64,000 nucleotides of DNA. Source: a virus. Taxonomy: Duplodnaviria > Caudoviricetes. Within the stretch, counting starts at the first letter, position 1; every line of letters starts with the position of its first letter. The stretch covers positions 3,622-67,621 of IMG/VR virus record IMGVR_UViG_3300031993_000067; one strand, written 5' to 3'. Of this stretch, positions 55,747 to 64,000 are shown one piece after another. A program made the translations under genes and the position numbers. The notes beneath the pieces were generated by a model. That model was not told the DNA's origin, did no database searches, and worked only from the letters and a program-made list of their open reading frames with translations.

Positions 55747-56535
55747 TTATTCGACTATCCCCATCCGGCGCAGCCTGCCCCGGATCGCGTTCTCCAGGAA
55801 GGTGCGGTACTGCTCGCGCAGGAGTTCCGGCGGATTGTGCATGAGGACTACGGAGGCGAAGGCGTCACGCGCCTCTCTCGCGTCAGCCAGAGTGTATTTC
55901 CCGGTGATGAGCGATCCGTTGCGCCTGGTGTAGTGATAGACGACCTCGGTGCTGATGAAGGTCCGCTTCCCGGCGAACGCGAACTCCATGTTGAAGATCA
56001 TGTCCTCGAAGACTCGCACTCTGGGGAAGGATGTGATGGCTTTGCGCCGGTAGAGGCATCCGGTCACATGGCCGACATCGCAGGTAGGCGTGAATAGGAC
56101 GGGGGAGAGCCGGTGCCGGAGGCCGGGCGGTTCTATCTTCCAGATGCTCTTCTCTCCAGTTGCCTCCCATTCGTTCATCTCAAGCCCCACGATGCGGTCC
56201 GCTTCCGGGTTGCGCTCCATCTCGGCGAGGAGGGTGCTGAGGGCTTCCGGGAAGAGCCAGTCGTCGGAGTCGAGGAAGGTGACGAAGACGCCGGATGCCA
56301 CGGCGAGACCGAGGTTGCGGGCGTGGAAGAGGCCGTTGTTCTTCGTGGATGAGACGATGGTAAACCGGGGGTCGCCATCCGTCTGGGCGATGATCTCGCG
56401 CAGACTTCCGTCGATGGAGCCGTCGTTGACAACGATGCACTCCCAGTCCTCCTCGGTCTGCTCTTTCACGGAGTCCAGGCAGCGCTCGATGTATTTCTCG
56501 GTGTTGAAGACCGGTACGATGATGGATGTCTTCAT
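55747..56535 (-). CDS. Glycosyltransferase family 2
   Basis: SIIVPVFNTEKYIERCLDSV...IVVNDGS...ARNLGL...FLDSDD...FEDMIF. Confidence 0.9.
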   Translation of the reverse strand: MKTSIIVPVFNTEKYIERCLDSVKEQTEEDWECIVVNDGSIDGSLREIIAQTDGDPRFTIVSSTKNNGLFHARNLGLAVASGVFVTFLDSDDWLFPEALSTLLAEMERNPEADRIVGLEMNEWEATGEKSIWKIEPPGLRHRLSPVLFTPTCDVGHVTGCLYRRKAITSFPRVRVFEDMIFNMEFAFAGKRTFISTEVVYHYTRRNGSLITGKYTLADAREARDAFASVVLMHNPPELLREQYRTFLENAIRGRLRRMGIVE

Positions 56536-56537
56536 GG

Positions 56538-56900
56538 CTAAAGGTCTTTCTGGTCGCACCAGGTTCCGGGTTTAAGCGGCATCGCGTGGTCTCTCTTGAC
56601 CTTGACCTCGATGCTGTACCCCACGAGGCTGCCGCCCTCGGTGATCTCGTCGGCGCCGAGCTGACGGACTATCGAGCGACCGAGGAAACCGGCCATCCGG
56701 CGCTGGGCTTCTTTCTGCATTCCGATGATGTTCTTGCCGAACTTGATGGTGTCGGAGTCGGTGATGGTGTAGTAGGCGGTGAAAGTCTGTTGCTTGTTGA
56801 GATCGTTTTCGGCATAGTCGAGCAATCTCTGTGCGCGGGCGAGCGATTCCCGCAGTTTCATATTCTCCTCCCGGAGTTTCTTGATTTTGTTTCCGAACAT
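56538..56900 (-). CDS. Hypothetical protein
   Basis: 120 aa with N-terminal coiled coil. Confidence 0.65.
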   Translation of the reverse strand: MFGNKIKKLREENMKLRESLARAQRLLDYAENDLNKQQTFTAYYTITDSDTIKFGKNIIGMQKEAQRRMAGFLGRSIVRQLGADEITEGGSLVGYSIEVKVKRDHAMPLKPGTWCDQKDL

Positions 56901-56907
56901 AATGTGA

Positions 56908-57741
56908 TTAGAGTGTTAAGTCGATTTTGAAATAGTCTTCGAGGAAGGCGCGTGGGCTTATCGCGCAATCCGGGAAGAGTGGCGGGTTAACCCTGGTGTT
57001 GAACTCCTCGTATGAATCGCAGAAAAGGTTCTGGAAAGCGACGCCGTATGCGTCGCCCATGTTTGCCTTTGCGGAGCAGTTCGGGTGTGTGTCCAGGTAA
57101 TACTGTTCTGCGCGAAGAACGGCGAGGAGGAACTTCGGATATTTTCTGAAATCCGCCTTGCCGCAATCGCCTTTGAGCGGGCATCCTATACAACCAAGGC
57201 GGCGTTCAGGATGAAAAATCCCGGCCTCATCATAATAGACCGGGGCGCATTTGATCTTCTCTTCTTGGATGAACCTCACGACATCTTCGAGCGTCCATTC
57301 GAGGATCGGCAGGTAAATCTGAACCGTATCTTTCTTCGAGAACACTCGGCAGACCTCCGGCTCCTTATATCGCCTCTCTCGGTCATGGGACTCATCACGC
57401 CTAACTCCTTGAACTGCTCTTGAGTACACTTTGTACTCCTTGAGTATGTCGCAACAGAATCTTGCCCTTCGGGTAGGCATGCCTTTTCTCCGAATAATGT
57501 CGAGGAATGTTTCCTTCGGCCTGATGATGGTTGCGCCGACCTCTTTGCAATGCGCCGTTGTTCCCGGCGGGTCGATCGAGGTCTGCTTGTAGATGGCCTC
57601 GTGCGGGATGCCCGCCATCTGCGCCAGGCGGAGGATCACATCACTATCTTTGCCGCCAGAGTAGGAAATCTCCAGCGGCCCGTCTTGCGGGATTGCCCGG
57701 AGGAGTTTGATTGCGGCGTCAACTTTTCTATTATAGTCCAT
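56908..57741 (-). CDS. PAPS-reductase / DndC-like adenine-nucleotide-alpha-hydrolase family protein
   Basis: SYSGGKDS PP-loop, RFCCDILKE, RLGCIGCPL. Confidence 0.85.
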   Translation of the reverse strand: MDYNRKVDAAIKLLRAIPQDGPLEISYSGGKDSDVILRLAQMAGIPHEAIYKQTSIDPPGTTAHCKEVGATIIRPKETFLDIIRRKGMPTRRARFCCDILKEYKVYSRAVQGVRRDESHDRERRYKEPEVCRVFSKKDTVQIYLPILEWTLEDVVRFIQEEKIKCAPVYYDEAGIFHPERRLGCIGCPLKGDCGKADFRKYPKFLLAVLRAEQYYLDTHPNCSAKANMGDAYGVAFQNLFCDSYEEFNTRVNPPLFPDCAISPRAFLEDYFKIDLTL

Positions 57742-57860
57742 ATTTAACGCTTAAACTTTGTAACGATAAATCTCTCGGCTTCGGCCTTGAGACGAAAAAA
57801 CGGGGGCATTGCGGCCTCCGTAGATTTTGTGGTATAGATTTACTTGCTTGCGCTTCGCAC

Positions 57861-58214
57861 TTAAATTTGGCGGGCCGCTTTCGCTTCCCGTGCATTTTTT
57901 ACGGCTTTGGAGAAATCATTCCAGAGTTCTCGTTCCACCGTGTACCCTGGGGATGACATGAAAGCCGCCATAAGGTTCCGGTAGTGAGAGATGGTCGCGT
58001 GGTTCTTGCCGAGGAGGGCGCCCACTTGTATGGTGGTCATTCCCCTCTCCAGCAGGACGTGGGCGATCATCGCCCGTGCGACCACGTTGTCCCGTTCCCT
58101 TGTCTTGGTTGCGGCATCCGCTCCCGACACGCGGAGCATCGTCTGTCGCAGTTCCTCGGCCCACTCCCGCATCCTGGGCGAGAGCACCGGCGCCGGTTTC
58201 TTTGGTCTTGCCAT
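57861..58214 (-). CDS. DnaA-C-terminal/TrpR-like HTH protein
   Basis: VARAMIAH...TIQVGALLGKNHATISHY. Confidence 0.7.
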   Translation of the reverse strand: MARPKKPAPVLSPRMREWAEELRQTMLRVSGADAATKTRERDNVVARAMIAHVLLERGMTTIQVGALLGKNHATISHYRNLMAAFMSSPGYTVERELWNDFSKAVKNAREAKAARQI

Positions 58215-58839
58215 TGATTTCTCGTTTATAGTCTTCGTAGAGCCAGAGGCAAATCTTGTTGGCGACCACCTTGACGGCGGCTTGCACGCGGTTGAATTGC
58301 TTCTGGGAGATGGTACGGCCTTCGCCGAAGCGGAGGCGTGAGTATTCCTTGCTGGCCTTGAGCACCCGGTCGATGTAGGGATCGTAGAGGGGTTGGCCGG
58401 AGGCTGTCTTCCAACATTCGCCGTGGAAGTCCTGGGCGTCGGCGGCAAGGAGGTTGCAGAGCCACGTTTGGGAGAGCTCGCGTTGTGTCTCGATGGGGAG
58501 TGAGTTGTCGCACTCCTGGATGGCGATTTCGGCGATGCCGAGGTGCGGTTGGATGAACGCCTCAAGCTCGTCGGCCTTGTCGATGACGTACTCGGTCTGC
58601 TCTTGGTCGAACGCGGAGAAGAAGTTGCGGAAGAAGGTGTAGAAGCCGTCGGCCATCTGGTTCTTGTACTTCTTCTGGAGGCCCTTGCAAGGTTGCTTGC
58701 GTATGCTCTGCTCGAAAACCTGCTTGGCGGCGTCGAGGAGGAAGAAGTATGTGATGGCTGTGAGGTTGTCCTTGTTTCCTTTGACTTGGTGGTAGCCGCG
58801 CCGCTTGTAGATGGCGTCGTTGATCTCTCGGTTAGTCAT
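57916..58839 (-). CDS. Hypothetical protein; C-terminal ~100 codons overlap the next gene
   Basis: N-terminal ~205 aa look protein-like; the tail reads through the HTH gene in another frame. Confidence 0.6.
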   Translation of the reverse strand: MTNREINDAIYKRRGYHQVKGNKDNLTAITYFFLLDAAKQVFEQSIRKQPCKGLQKKYKNQMADGFYTFFRNFFSAFDQEQTEYVIDKADELEAFIQPHLGIAEIAIQECDNSLPIETQRELSQTWLCNLLAADAQDFHGECWKTASGQPLYDPYIDRVLKASKEYSRLRFGEGRTISQKQFNRVQAAVKVVANKICLWLYEDYKREINGKTKETGAGALAQDAGVGRGTATDDAPRVGSGCRNQDKGTGQRGRTGDDRPRPAGEGNDHHTSGRPPRQEPRDHLSLPEPYGGFHVIPRVHGGTRTLE

Positions 58840-59062
58840 ACTTGTGTATCTTTTCGTTAAGCCACATCAACGCTACGGAAAACCACGCGAGCAAGCAAGC
58901 CGGGGCGAACACGATGTTAAACACCACTTGCTCGACGAACCTGCTTGCACGGGGGCTCCCGCCGCGCAAAACGGACAAGACATATAGCGAGGACTCACAG
59001 ACCGCGCAGATGACGGCGGCGATTCCCCACCAGAGAAGGATGTCTAAATTTCCGATCTTCAT
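58832..59062 (-). CDS. Small two-TM protein
   Basis: MKIGNLDILLWWGIAAVIC... Confidence 0.6.
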   Translation of the reverse strand: MKIGNLDILLWWGIAAVICAVCESSLYVLSVLRGGSPRASRFVEQVVFNIVFAPACLLAWFSVALMWLNEKIHKYD

Positions 59063-59244
59063 TTCTTGCCTCCTTTGCTCCAATGGATTCCGACGAGCGC
59101 TTGGAGAGCTCGGACGAGCCAGCAAGGGCGGAAGCCCTCGAACACGCACGTTGGTTTCGCGTTCTTCTTGCCGATGTAGAAGTATGAGGTCTGGGGTCGC
59201 TTCGTCTTGGGCGCCGTCGCTATTGCGGTAAAAGTTCGTTTCAT
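59059..59244 (-). CDS. Small basic protein
   Basis: 61 aa, ATGA overlaps. Confidence 0.6.
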   Translation of the reverse strand: MKRTFTAIATAPKTKRPQTSYFYIGKKNAKPTCVFEGFRPCWLVRALQALVGIHWSKGGKK

Positions 59245-59513
59245 TTCTTGATCTCTTTAAGTTTGTCGATGCTCGGAAGCCCGAGGAGTCGGAGAGCTTG
59301 GTCGGCCTTGCGCTTGGTGGTCACGCCCTTCAAGAGAAGATAGTTGAAATCGTGATAGATTTCGAGCGTTTCGGTGTCGGGGCGATATTCTACATACTCA
59401 TACCTTCCGTGTCCGTTGTCGTCCTTGACAACGAACCTAAAGAAAGGGATGGGAGGGAGTATTTCATTCCCTTTCTCGAACCCCCATTTGAGTAGGTCTT
59501 TCTCTGTGATCAT
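59241..59513 (-). CDS. Hypothetical protein
   Basis: 90 aa, MITEKDLLKWGFE. Confidence 0.65.
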   Translation of the reverse strand: MITEKDLLKWGFEKGNEILPPIPFFRFVVKDDNGHGRYEYVEYRPDTETLEIYHDFNYLLLKGVTTKRKADQALRLLGLPSIDKLKEIKK

Positions 59514-59686
59514 ACTCTATTTGTTTTGATTGTCCGCTCTTGAAATTGCTTGCACGAGGCGAGAGGAGAGCGAAACGCCTCTCCACCCCTTTAAAAGAGC
59601 GAGGTCGTACTTTCGGAGTTTGTCGCTTTTCTGCGTGCGACCGAACTTGAATTTTCTCCCTCCTTTCCAACGATTCGCGTTCTCTT

Positions 59687-60073
59687 TCATCCCCGGCCCT
59701 CCTTTTTCTCCTTGTACTCCGCGAGTGCGTCATAGAACATCTCGGTGATGTGGCCGATGAGGTAGGCGAACGTCTCCTCGTCCTCAACACCCCTGGGGTG
59801 GAGGATTTGGTAGGCGGCGTGGAAGATTTCGTGAGCTACTGCCTTCGGTGACGGCTCGCTGTTGAACACGATGAGGTAGTTCGGCGTCCCGAAGTTGCAG
59901 GTAAGGGCCTCGACCTTCATAGACGGGTCTTTGTCGAACTGGTCCTTGAAGGACTGCCGACCATCTTCGGGAAGGCCGATCTCGTTGAAAAATGCGTCCA
60001 ACTCTTTCTGGTTGGTGTCGATTGCGAACGAGAGGTCGCAATCAAAGATGTCGATAGGGAATCCTGTGATCAT
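59687..60073 (-). CDS. HExxH-motif small protein
   Basis: VAHEIFHAA...EETFAYLIG. Confidence 0.7.
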   Translation of the reverse strand: MITGFPIDIFDCDLSFAIDTNQKELDAFFNEIGLPEDGRQSFKDQFDKDPSMKVEALTCNFGTPNYLIVFNSEPSPKAVAHEIFHAAYQILHPRGVEDEETFAYLIGHITEMFYDALAEYKEKKEGRG

Positions 60074-60510
60074 ATTTCTTCCTCTTTAAGTAGTTTTCCG
60101 TTCATTCTCTCCGGGTGCCCGACGAGGACGCACCAAATGCAGTTGGTGGCCCATTGTTCGAGGTAGGCCAGCGGCTCGCTTGTGTCGAACCCGCCCAGCG
60201 GAATGTCGAATTGCTCGCTCAACAGGGCTACATAGTGAAGTGCTTCGTGGGCGCAGATGCCAGCCCCGCACTCTTTCGGGCGAAACATTGACACAAGGCA
60301 ACCCCTCCAATGGCTTTCTTTGTTGCCGACGCGGACAGTGTTTGCGAATTGGCCACCCTCGTCGAAAACATCTCCAAAGGAATCACAGATTTCTCCTTCA
60401 TTGTCGAACGGGTAGAACAGCTCCGCTACATCCTCGGCGTTCGGTTGCTTGCAAACCCAGAGCCTCGTGGGGTAGATCACGGGATCGAACTCGTAAATCT
60501 TCGTATTCAT
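60070..60510 (-). CDS. HExxH-motif small protein, similar to its neighbour
   Basis: CAHEALHYV...SEPLAYLEQW. Confidence 0.7.
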   Translation of the reverse strand: MNTKIYEFDPVIYPTRLWVCKQPNAEDVAELFYPFDNEGEICDSFGDVFDEGGQFANTVRVGNKESHWRGCLVSMFRPKECGAGICAHEALHYVALLSEQFDIPLGGFDTSEPLAYLEQWATNCIWCVLVGHPERMNGKLLKEEEI

Positions 60511-60513
60511 ACT

Positions 60514-60780
60514 CTATTCCTCCCCGTTAGGCTCGATGAACTCGATACCATATCGCTCACATTGATACTCGAAAGAGGTGCTGAACCTTTCAGCCCAACA
60601 GAACGCAGCACCAATATAGTAGTAGTCCTCAACTTTCTGCGCGGCATGTACTTTCTGCACCAGTTCTCCCGACGCAGCATAAGGAGATTCTTCCCACAGC
60701 ACAATAATCATCTCCCCCTTACCGAGCAGCTCCTTGAGCCGCTTGTAGTCCTTGCTTGTCTTGTAGTTCAGTTTGCTCAT
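60514..60780 (-). CDS. Hypothetical protein
   Basis: 88 aa. Confidence 0.65.
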   Translation of the reverse strand: MSKLNYKTSKDYKRLKELLGKGEMIIVLWEESPYAASGELVQKVHAAQKVEDYYYIGAAFCWAERFSTSFEYQCERYGIEFIEPNGEE

Positions 60781-60911
60781 TTGACTTTGCTTTTGGTTTC
60801 ACGAATCTTCTTGGTCAGTTCTCGGTACAAGTCCCACTCGATGTTGAAGTGGTTGATTACCCAGCGGAGGCCACCGAGGAAGCCTCGCCAATATTGTGCG
60901 TCGAACTTCAT
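60777..60911 (-). CDS. Small hypothetical protein (44 aa)
   Basis: MKFDAQYWRGFLGG..., ATGA overlaps. Confidence 0.5.
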   Translation of the reverse strand: MKFDAQYWRGFLGGLRWVINHFNIEWDLYRELTKKIRETKSKVK

Positions 60912-61477
60912 TTCTCGTCCTTTTTGATGATTACTGATACCTTCTCGCCGAAATAAAGGTTGTTGGGTATCTTGCTCATAGTGCGAACATAGTTCACGTT
61001 TTTGAGGTCGCTGACCACTTCTCCCTCCACCGCGTCCTTCATCAGCCGCTCCTTGCAGACCATCCACCCGTCGGCAAAGGCTGGTTTCATAAGACGAAAT
61101 GCGCCATAGGTCAGGCTTTGTTTGCCTTTGACATATTCGTTAGCCGCATCAAGAGCCTCCTTGTCATATTTCGGATCATAGTCATCAGGCGCATCGTTCT
61201 TGCCACAGACGCGCCACCTCTCGGCAAGCATACCATCGGCAAAAGCCTGGCGCTTGGCAAAGGTTGCCGAATCCTCGTCCACCTCCGCACGATAGCCGAT
61301 GTACCAAGCTGCCGCCTCTTGCACATCGGCGGGGACGGGTAGGACGGCCCGGGGTTGGGCGATAAGGTTCTCGGCATCCGCCGTAGTGATGCACACGGAG
61401 ATTTCGCCGAAGTTCAACTCAATCGAGTGCTTAACGCCTTTGATTACTTCTACTTTCATATCTCTATCGTTTTCCAT
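60908..61477 (-). CDS. Hypothetical protein with internal EAA...AFADG repeat
   Basis: AFADGM and AFADGW repeated segments. Confidence 0.65.
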   Translation of the reverse strand: MENDRDMKVEVIKGVKHSIELNFGEISVCITTADAENLIAQPRAVLPVPADVQEAAAWYIGYRAEVDEDSATFAKRQAFADGMLAERWRVCGKNDAPDDYDPKYDKEALDAANEYVKGKQSLTYGAFRLMKPAFADGWMVCKERLMKDAVEGEVVSDLKNVNYVRTMSKIPNNLYFGEKVSVIIKKDEK

Positions 61478-61802
61478 TGTTTTCTTTCATCCAAGCCTTT
61501 GCCTGCTCGATCCAGGGTTCAAGCTCATGGAATTGCTTATACTCGGGTTGGCCTTTCGGAAAACAATCCGGGCAGAAATATGCGCATGGCGGATTGGCTT
61601 CGTGCTTTGTTACATGCCACCCGTGATAGAGAAGCCATTGTGTAACAAGTATAACCGTTGTGGCGCAGTACGGTTTAAGAAGCGCCAGCTCCTTTTCACT
61701 GTACATATTCGGCACCTCCAGCTCCTTACCGCAGGACGTGCATTTGACCAAGCCTACACGGGAATTAAGCCCGTATTTCTCACGCAGTTCTTTGATTGTC
61801 AT
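61464..61802 (-). CDS. Zn-finger-like protein
   Basis: CTSCGK...FCPDC. Confidence 0.65.
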   Translation of the reverse strand: MTIKELREKYGLNSRVGLVKCTSCGKELEVPNMYSEKELALLKPYCATTVILVTQWLLYHGWHVTKHEANPPCAYFCPDCFPKGQPEYKQFHELEPWIEQAKAWMKENNGKR

Positions 61803-61806
61803 ATCT

Positions 61807-62454
61807 CTACTTCTTTAAGTGTTTCATCGGATTCCACTTGAACTTTGTCAACTCCTCTGCAATTTGTTCTCTAAATCGTTTTACTCCCCACTCCGCGAAG
61901 TGGCGGGCGAGGGCGATGATACCTTCGTTGTCGAGGTAGTGGCCGCTCATTGAATCGAACTTGTAGTCCTTTTTCAGATTGGCATACCTCTCGTTCCACC
62001 ACCGCTCAATCTCCGCCTCCAGGTCTGCCTCCGGCGCGATGCTCCCTTGAATCGGCTGCGGCGGGCACATCTTGTCGAACTCGGCGCGGAGATCGGGATT
62101 CTTGGCGAGTATCTGCGCCCACTCGCGGAGGGAATGGGTTTCTTCGGCAATAATCTTGTCAATGTTGCTCCGCACCTCGGCTCGTACCTTCGGGTCGCAG
62201 TTCTTTACGCATACCTCGAAAAGTGCATTGGTCTTATTCGGTTGCTCCGCCTCGACGAAGTAGGCGTATTGTGCATTATCCGCACCGTCATATTGAGAGC
62301 AAGCGACTCCGCCGTTCATATCCCTCGCAAAGCAACCTCGATAGGACGAGCGGTCAATAAGGCAACACTTATCACAACACTCTGCTTCGTTTGTACAGTG
62401 TTCCACTCTCACCCGCTTACCCGCGATGGTGATTATTTCTTCTTGTTTGCTCAT
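61807..62454 (-). CDS. Hypothetical protein with Cys-rich N-terminus
   Basis: CCDKCCL...C...C. Confidence 0.65.
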   Translation of the reverse strand: MSKQEEIITIAGKRVRVEHCTNEAECCDKCCLIDRSSYRGCFARDMNGGVACSQYDGADNAQYAYFVEAEQPNKTNALFEVCVKNCDPKVRAEVRSNIDKIIAEETHSLREWAQILAKNPDLRAEFDKMCPPQPIQGSIAPEADLEAEIERWWNERYANLKKDYKFDSMSGHYLDNEGIIALARHFAEWGVKRFREQIAEELTKFKWNPMKHLKK

Positions 62455-62460
62455 ATCTTA

Positions 62461-62709
62461 CTACATATTTTTTGCATTAACATCGGCTAACGCCTTGATT
62501 GAACGGCAACTTCTTCCACGCCACCACTCCTCTATTGCTTCGGCTTTATCTCTTGGGCACGGATCAGGCTCATAGGAAGCAGGGCAATACATACAACCAT
62601 CCCCATCATCGTGATAGTGGCGGCAGACCGTTTTTAGTCGCTTAACCAACGCCCGAATAATCCTATCGTTCAGCTTCTTCATATTACTTCGATTTAATCT
62701 CTTAGCCAA
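62461..62709 (-). CDS. Small Cys-motif protein
   Basis: C.HY...CMYCP...CP. Confidence 0.55.
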   Translation of the reverse strand: MAKRLNRSNMKKLNDRIIRALVKRLKTVCRHYHDDGDGCMYCPASYEPDPCPRDKAEAIEEWWRGRSCRSIKALADVNAKNM

Positions 62710-62918
62710 TGATCCGGTATCTGCACACCGGTCTTGTGCTCATATGCCATTGCGATTTCAGCAATGTCGAGTTCGTCGATGCTATAGTCACCCGTAAGGA
62801 GGATTTCACGGATCGTCCTAAAGGCATTCTCGGTCATACCTGCAGTCATCTCGAAAGGGTCATGTACTACAGTTGCTGTTAACTTGCCGTCTTCTGACTT
62901 GTAATAAATCTCGCCCAT
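62694..62918 (-). CDS. Small hypothetical protein
   Basis: MGEIYYKSEDG... Confidence 0.55.
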   Translation of the reverse strand: MGEIYYKSEDGKLTATVVHDPFEMTAGMTENAFRTIREILLTGDYSIDELDIAEIAMAYEHKTGVQIPDHWLRD

Positions 62919-62928
62919 ATTGCTTCGA

Positions 62929-63690
62929 TTAAAGGGTGATTTCTTTCTCGATGCCGCAGAGGTGATCGTCCGCATATCTCCAGAGATAACCACCAGCGCT
63001 TCTACATACATATTCTTTCCCGTCTTTTTTGAGTTTTTTACCGACCGCACAATTATGGATATTTGAGCTTCCAATATGAAGCGTTCTGCTTGCCTCTTTT
63101 ACACTATTAAACGTGCGAACAAACTCTCCATCTGTGGTGAATTGACTGATCCGCTTTGAGACCCTTTGAGTACGTGTTCCATATTTTGTGTTATACTCTT
63201 TGGTACACCATTCAAGGTTCTCCACACTGTTGTTCAACTTGTTCTCGTCTTTATGGTTCACATCGCTTAATTTTCCCCCGTTTGGAATAAACGCTATTGC
63301 AACGAGACGGTGAATCGCAAAGCTCTTCGACTTACCATCTTTACACAAGAAAACATTCAAATAGCCGTCTTTTGAAACCGACGGCTTCAACACTTTCTCC
63401 TTTGAGATATAGGCAAACTTACTGTTGCTATTCTTTTGCCGAGAACAACTTTTTACACGCCCCTTGTTCGAAATAAGATATAGTCCCTCATAATCCGGAA
63501 GCTCTCTCCAAGTCTCCCCGTCAATATCCATCATGTCAAGAAGTTCAACGCTCTTGCTCAAGACCATTTTTGCGACAAGGGGGTTGCCATATATAGACAG
63601 CAACTCCTCGCATACACGGCGAGATGTCTCATTTATGGAGTAATGCTCTTTCTTGCACCAGCCAGATACTTTCAATTCTTTTGCTTTCAT
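62929..63690 (-). CDS. NUMOD4-HNH homing endonuclease with C-terminal DNA-binding motif
   Basis: ETWRELPDYEGLYLISNKGRVKS; HRLVAIAFI...VNHKDENKLNNSVENLEWCT. Confidence 0.9.
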   Translation of the reverse strand: MKAKELKVSGWCKKEHYSINETSRRVCEELLSIYGNPLVAKMVLSKSVELLDMMDIDGETWRELPDYEGLYLISNKGRVKSCSRQKNSNSKFAYISKEKVLKPSVSKDGYLNVFLCKDGKSKSFAIHRLVAIAFIPNGGKLSDVNHKDENKLNNSVENLEWCTKEYNTKYGTRTQRVSKRISQFTTDGEFVRTFNSVKEASRTLHIGSSNIHNCAVGKKLKKDGKEYVCRSAGGYLWRYADDHLCGIEKEITL

Positions 63691-63878
63691 AGCACGATAA
63701 ACATTACGATCACGATGATAGCGGCCACGCCGCAGACAATCCAACGGGAGGTTTTCTCGTCCCGCTTGGCTTTGGAACACGGCAAGCTCGTCACGGGGCA
63801 AGTGTCCCCGTAGAACTCGCATTGGTGACAGATGGCCTTCGGCACTCTGTACTCTTGGACTTTATACTCTGGTTTCAT
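63687..63878 (-). CDS. Small Cys-rich protein with C-terminal TM
   Basis: CHQCEF..C....C plus hydrophobic tail. Confidence 0.6.
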   Translation of the reverse strand: MKPEYKVQEYRVPKAICHQCEFYGDTCPVTSLPCSKAKRDEKTSRWIVCGVAAIIVIVMFIVL

Positions 63879-64000
63879 TTTCCTCTTTCGTTAAATCGTT
63901 TCAACACTTCCTCGCAGAGTTCGGGGTTGGTCTGGACTTTCGTCTCAAACTCGTCCTCCACCTCCCTGATGATCCCGGCGAGGTCACGGATAGTCACCCA
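63875..64000 (-). CDS. Partial hypothetical protein entering from the right edge
   Basis: WVTIRDLAGIIREVEDEFE...FNERGK then stop. Confidence 0.5.
   Translation of the reverse strand, partial: WVTIRDLAGIIREVEDEFETKVQTNPELCEEVLKRFNERGK

Larger units (their letters stand above)
1..64000. mobile_element. Temperate tailed phage of a Bacteroidales host, near-complete, probably excised/circular form
   Basis: Terminase, portal, capsid, tail, tape measure, lysis, integrase, repressors and replication genes span the window; no host housekeeping genes; TAnnTTTG promoters; attP-like site is internal. Confidence 0.95.

Noticed and set aside
55652-55933. Plus-strand ORF, or reading 55626-55682 as one more sense cassette element (hairpin + leader + ACG)
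   Set aside because: The hairpin has A-C mismatches on the plus strand but is fully paired and followed by U7 on the minus strand. A complete promoter faces the minus direction, the would-be start is ACG, and the ORF is antisense to GT2.
1-64000. Stop-codon reassignment (as in some gut phages)
   Set aside because: All major genes translate full length with the standard code and use TAA, TAG and TGA as stops.

Overview
The whole window is a temperate, tailed (siphovirus-like) phage of a Bacteroidales host. The host call rests on TTTG-N19-21-TAnnTTTG promoters and SD-less AT-rich leaders. Both window edges fall inside the same minus-strand early/replication operon and an intact attP-like site lies internally, so this is probably most of a circular or excised genome slightly larger than 64 kb. 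Modules in order: replication/recombination (primase-SF4 helicase, O-like initiator with iterons, SSB, PD-(D/E)XK nuclease, ERF); immunity switch (two tandem HTH repressors); a Cys-rich accessory operon interrupted by an HNH endonuclease; RusA, F-like head protein, portal and TerL; Com-like Zn finger with head and tail genes, including a -1 frameshifted chaperone; tape measure; a 1960-aa S74 tail fibre; lysis genes; integrase and attP; an ~8.6-kb array of about 21 genes (mostly small unknowns, plus an ArdA fusion, a second tyrosine recombinase and a lipoprotein); TerS-like gene, ori/pac-like region, SF3 helicase, GT2 and a PAPS-reductase-family gene. Main discovery: a stand-alone ~69-nt small RNA at 55626-55694 (minus strand). 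It has a consensus promoter, a 5' hairpin, an exposed 20-nt seed and an intrinsic terminator. The seed is the reverse complement of the conserved leader (ACCUCUAAAUUUUGCAUU-AUG) that precedes the start codon of at least 12 array genes and, more weakly, the first repressor gene. This suggests one antisense RNA translationally controls a cassette-like early/anti-defence gene array. All calls come from reading the sequence; no database search or folding software was run.
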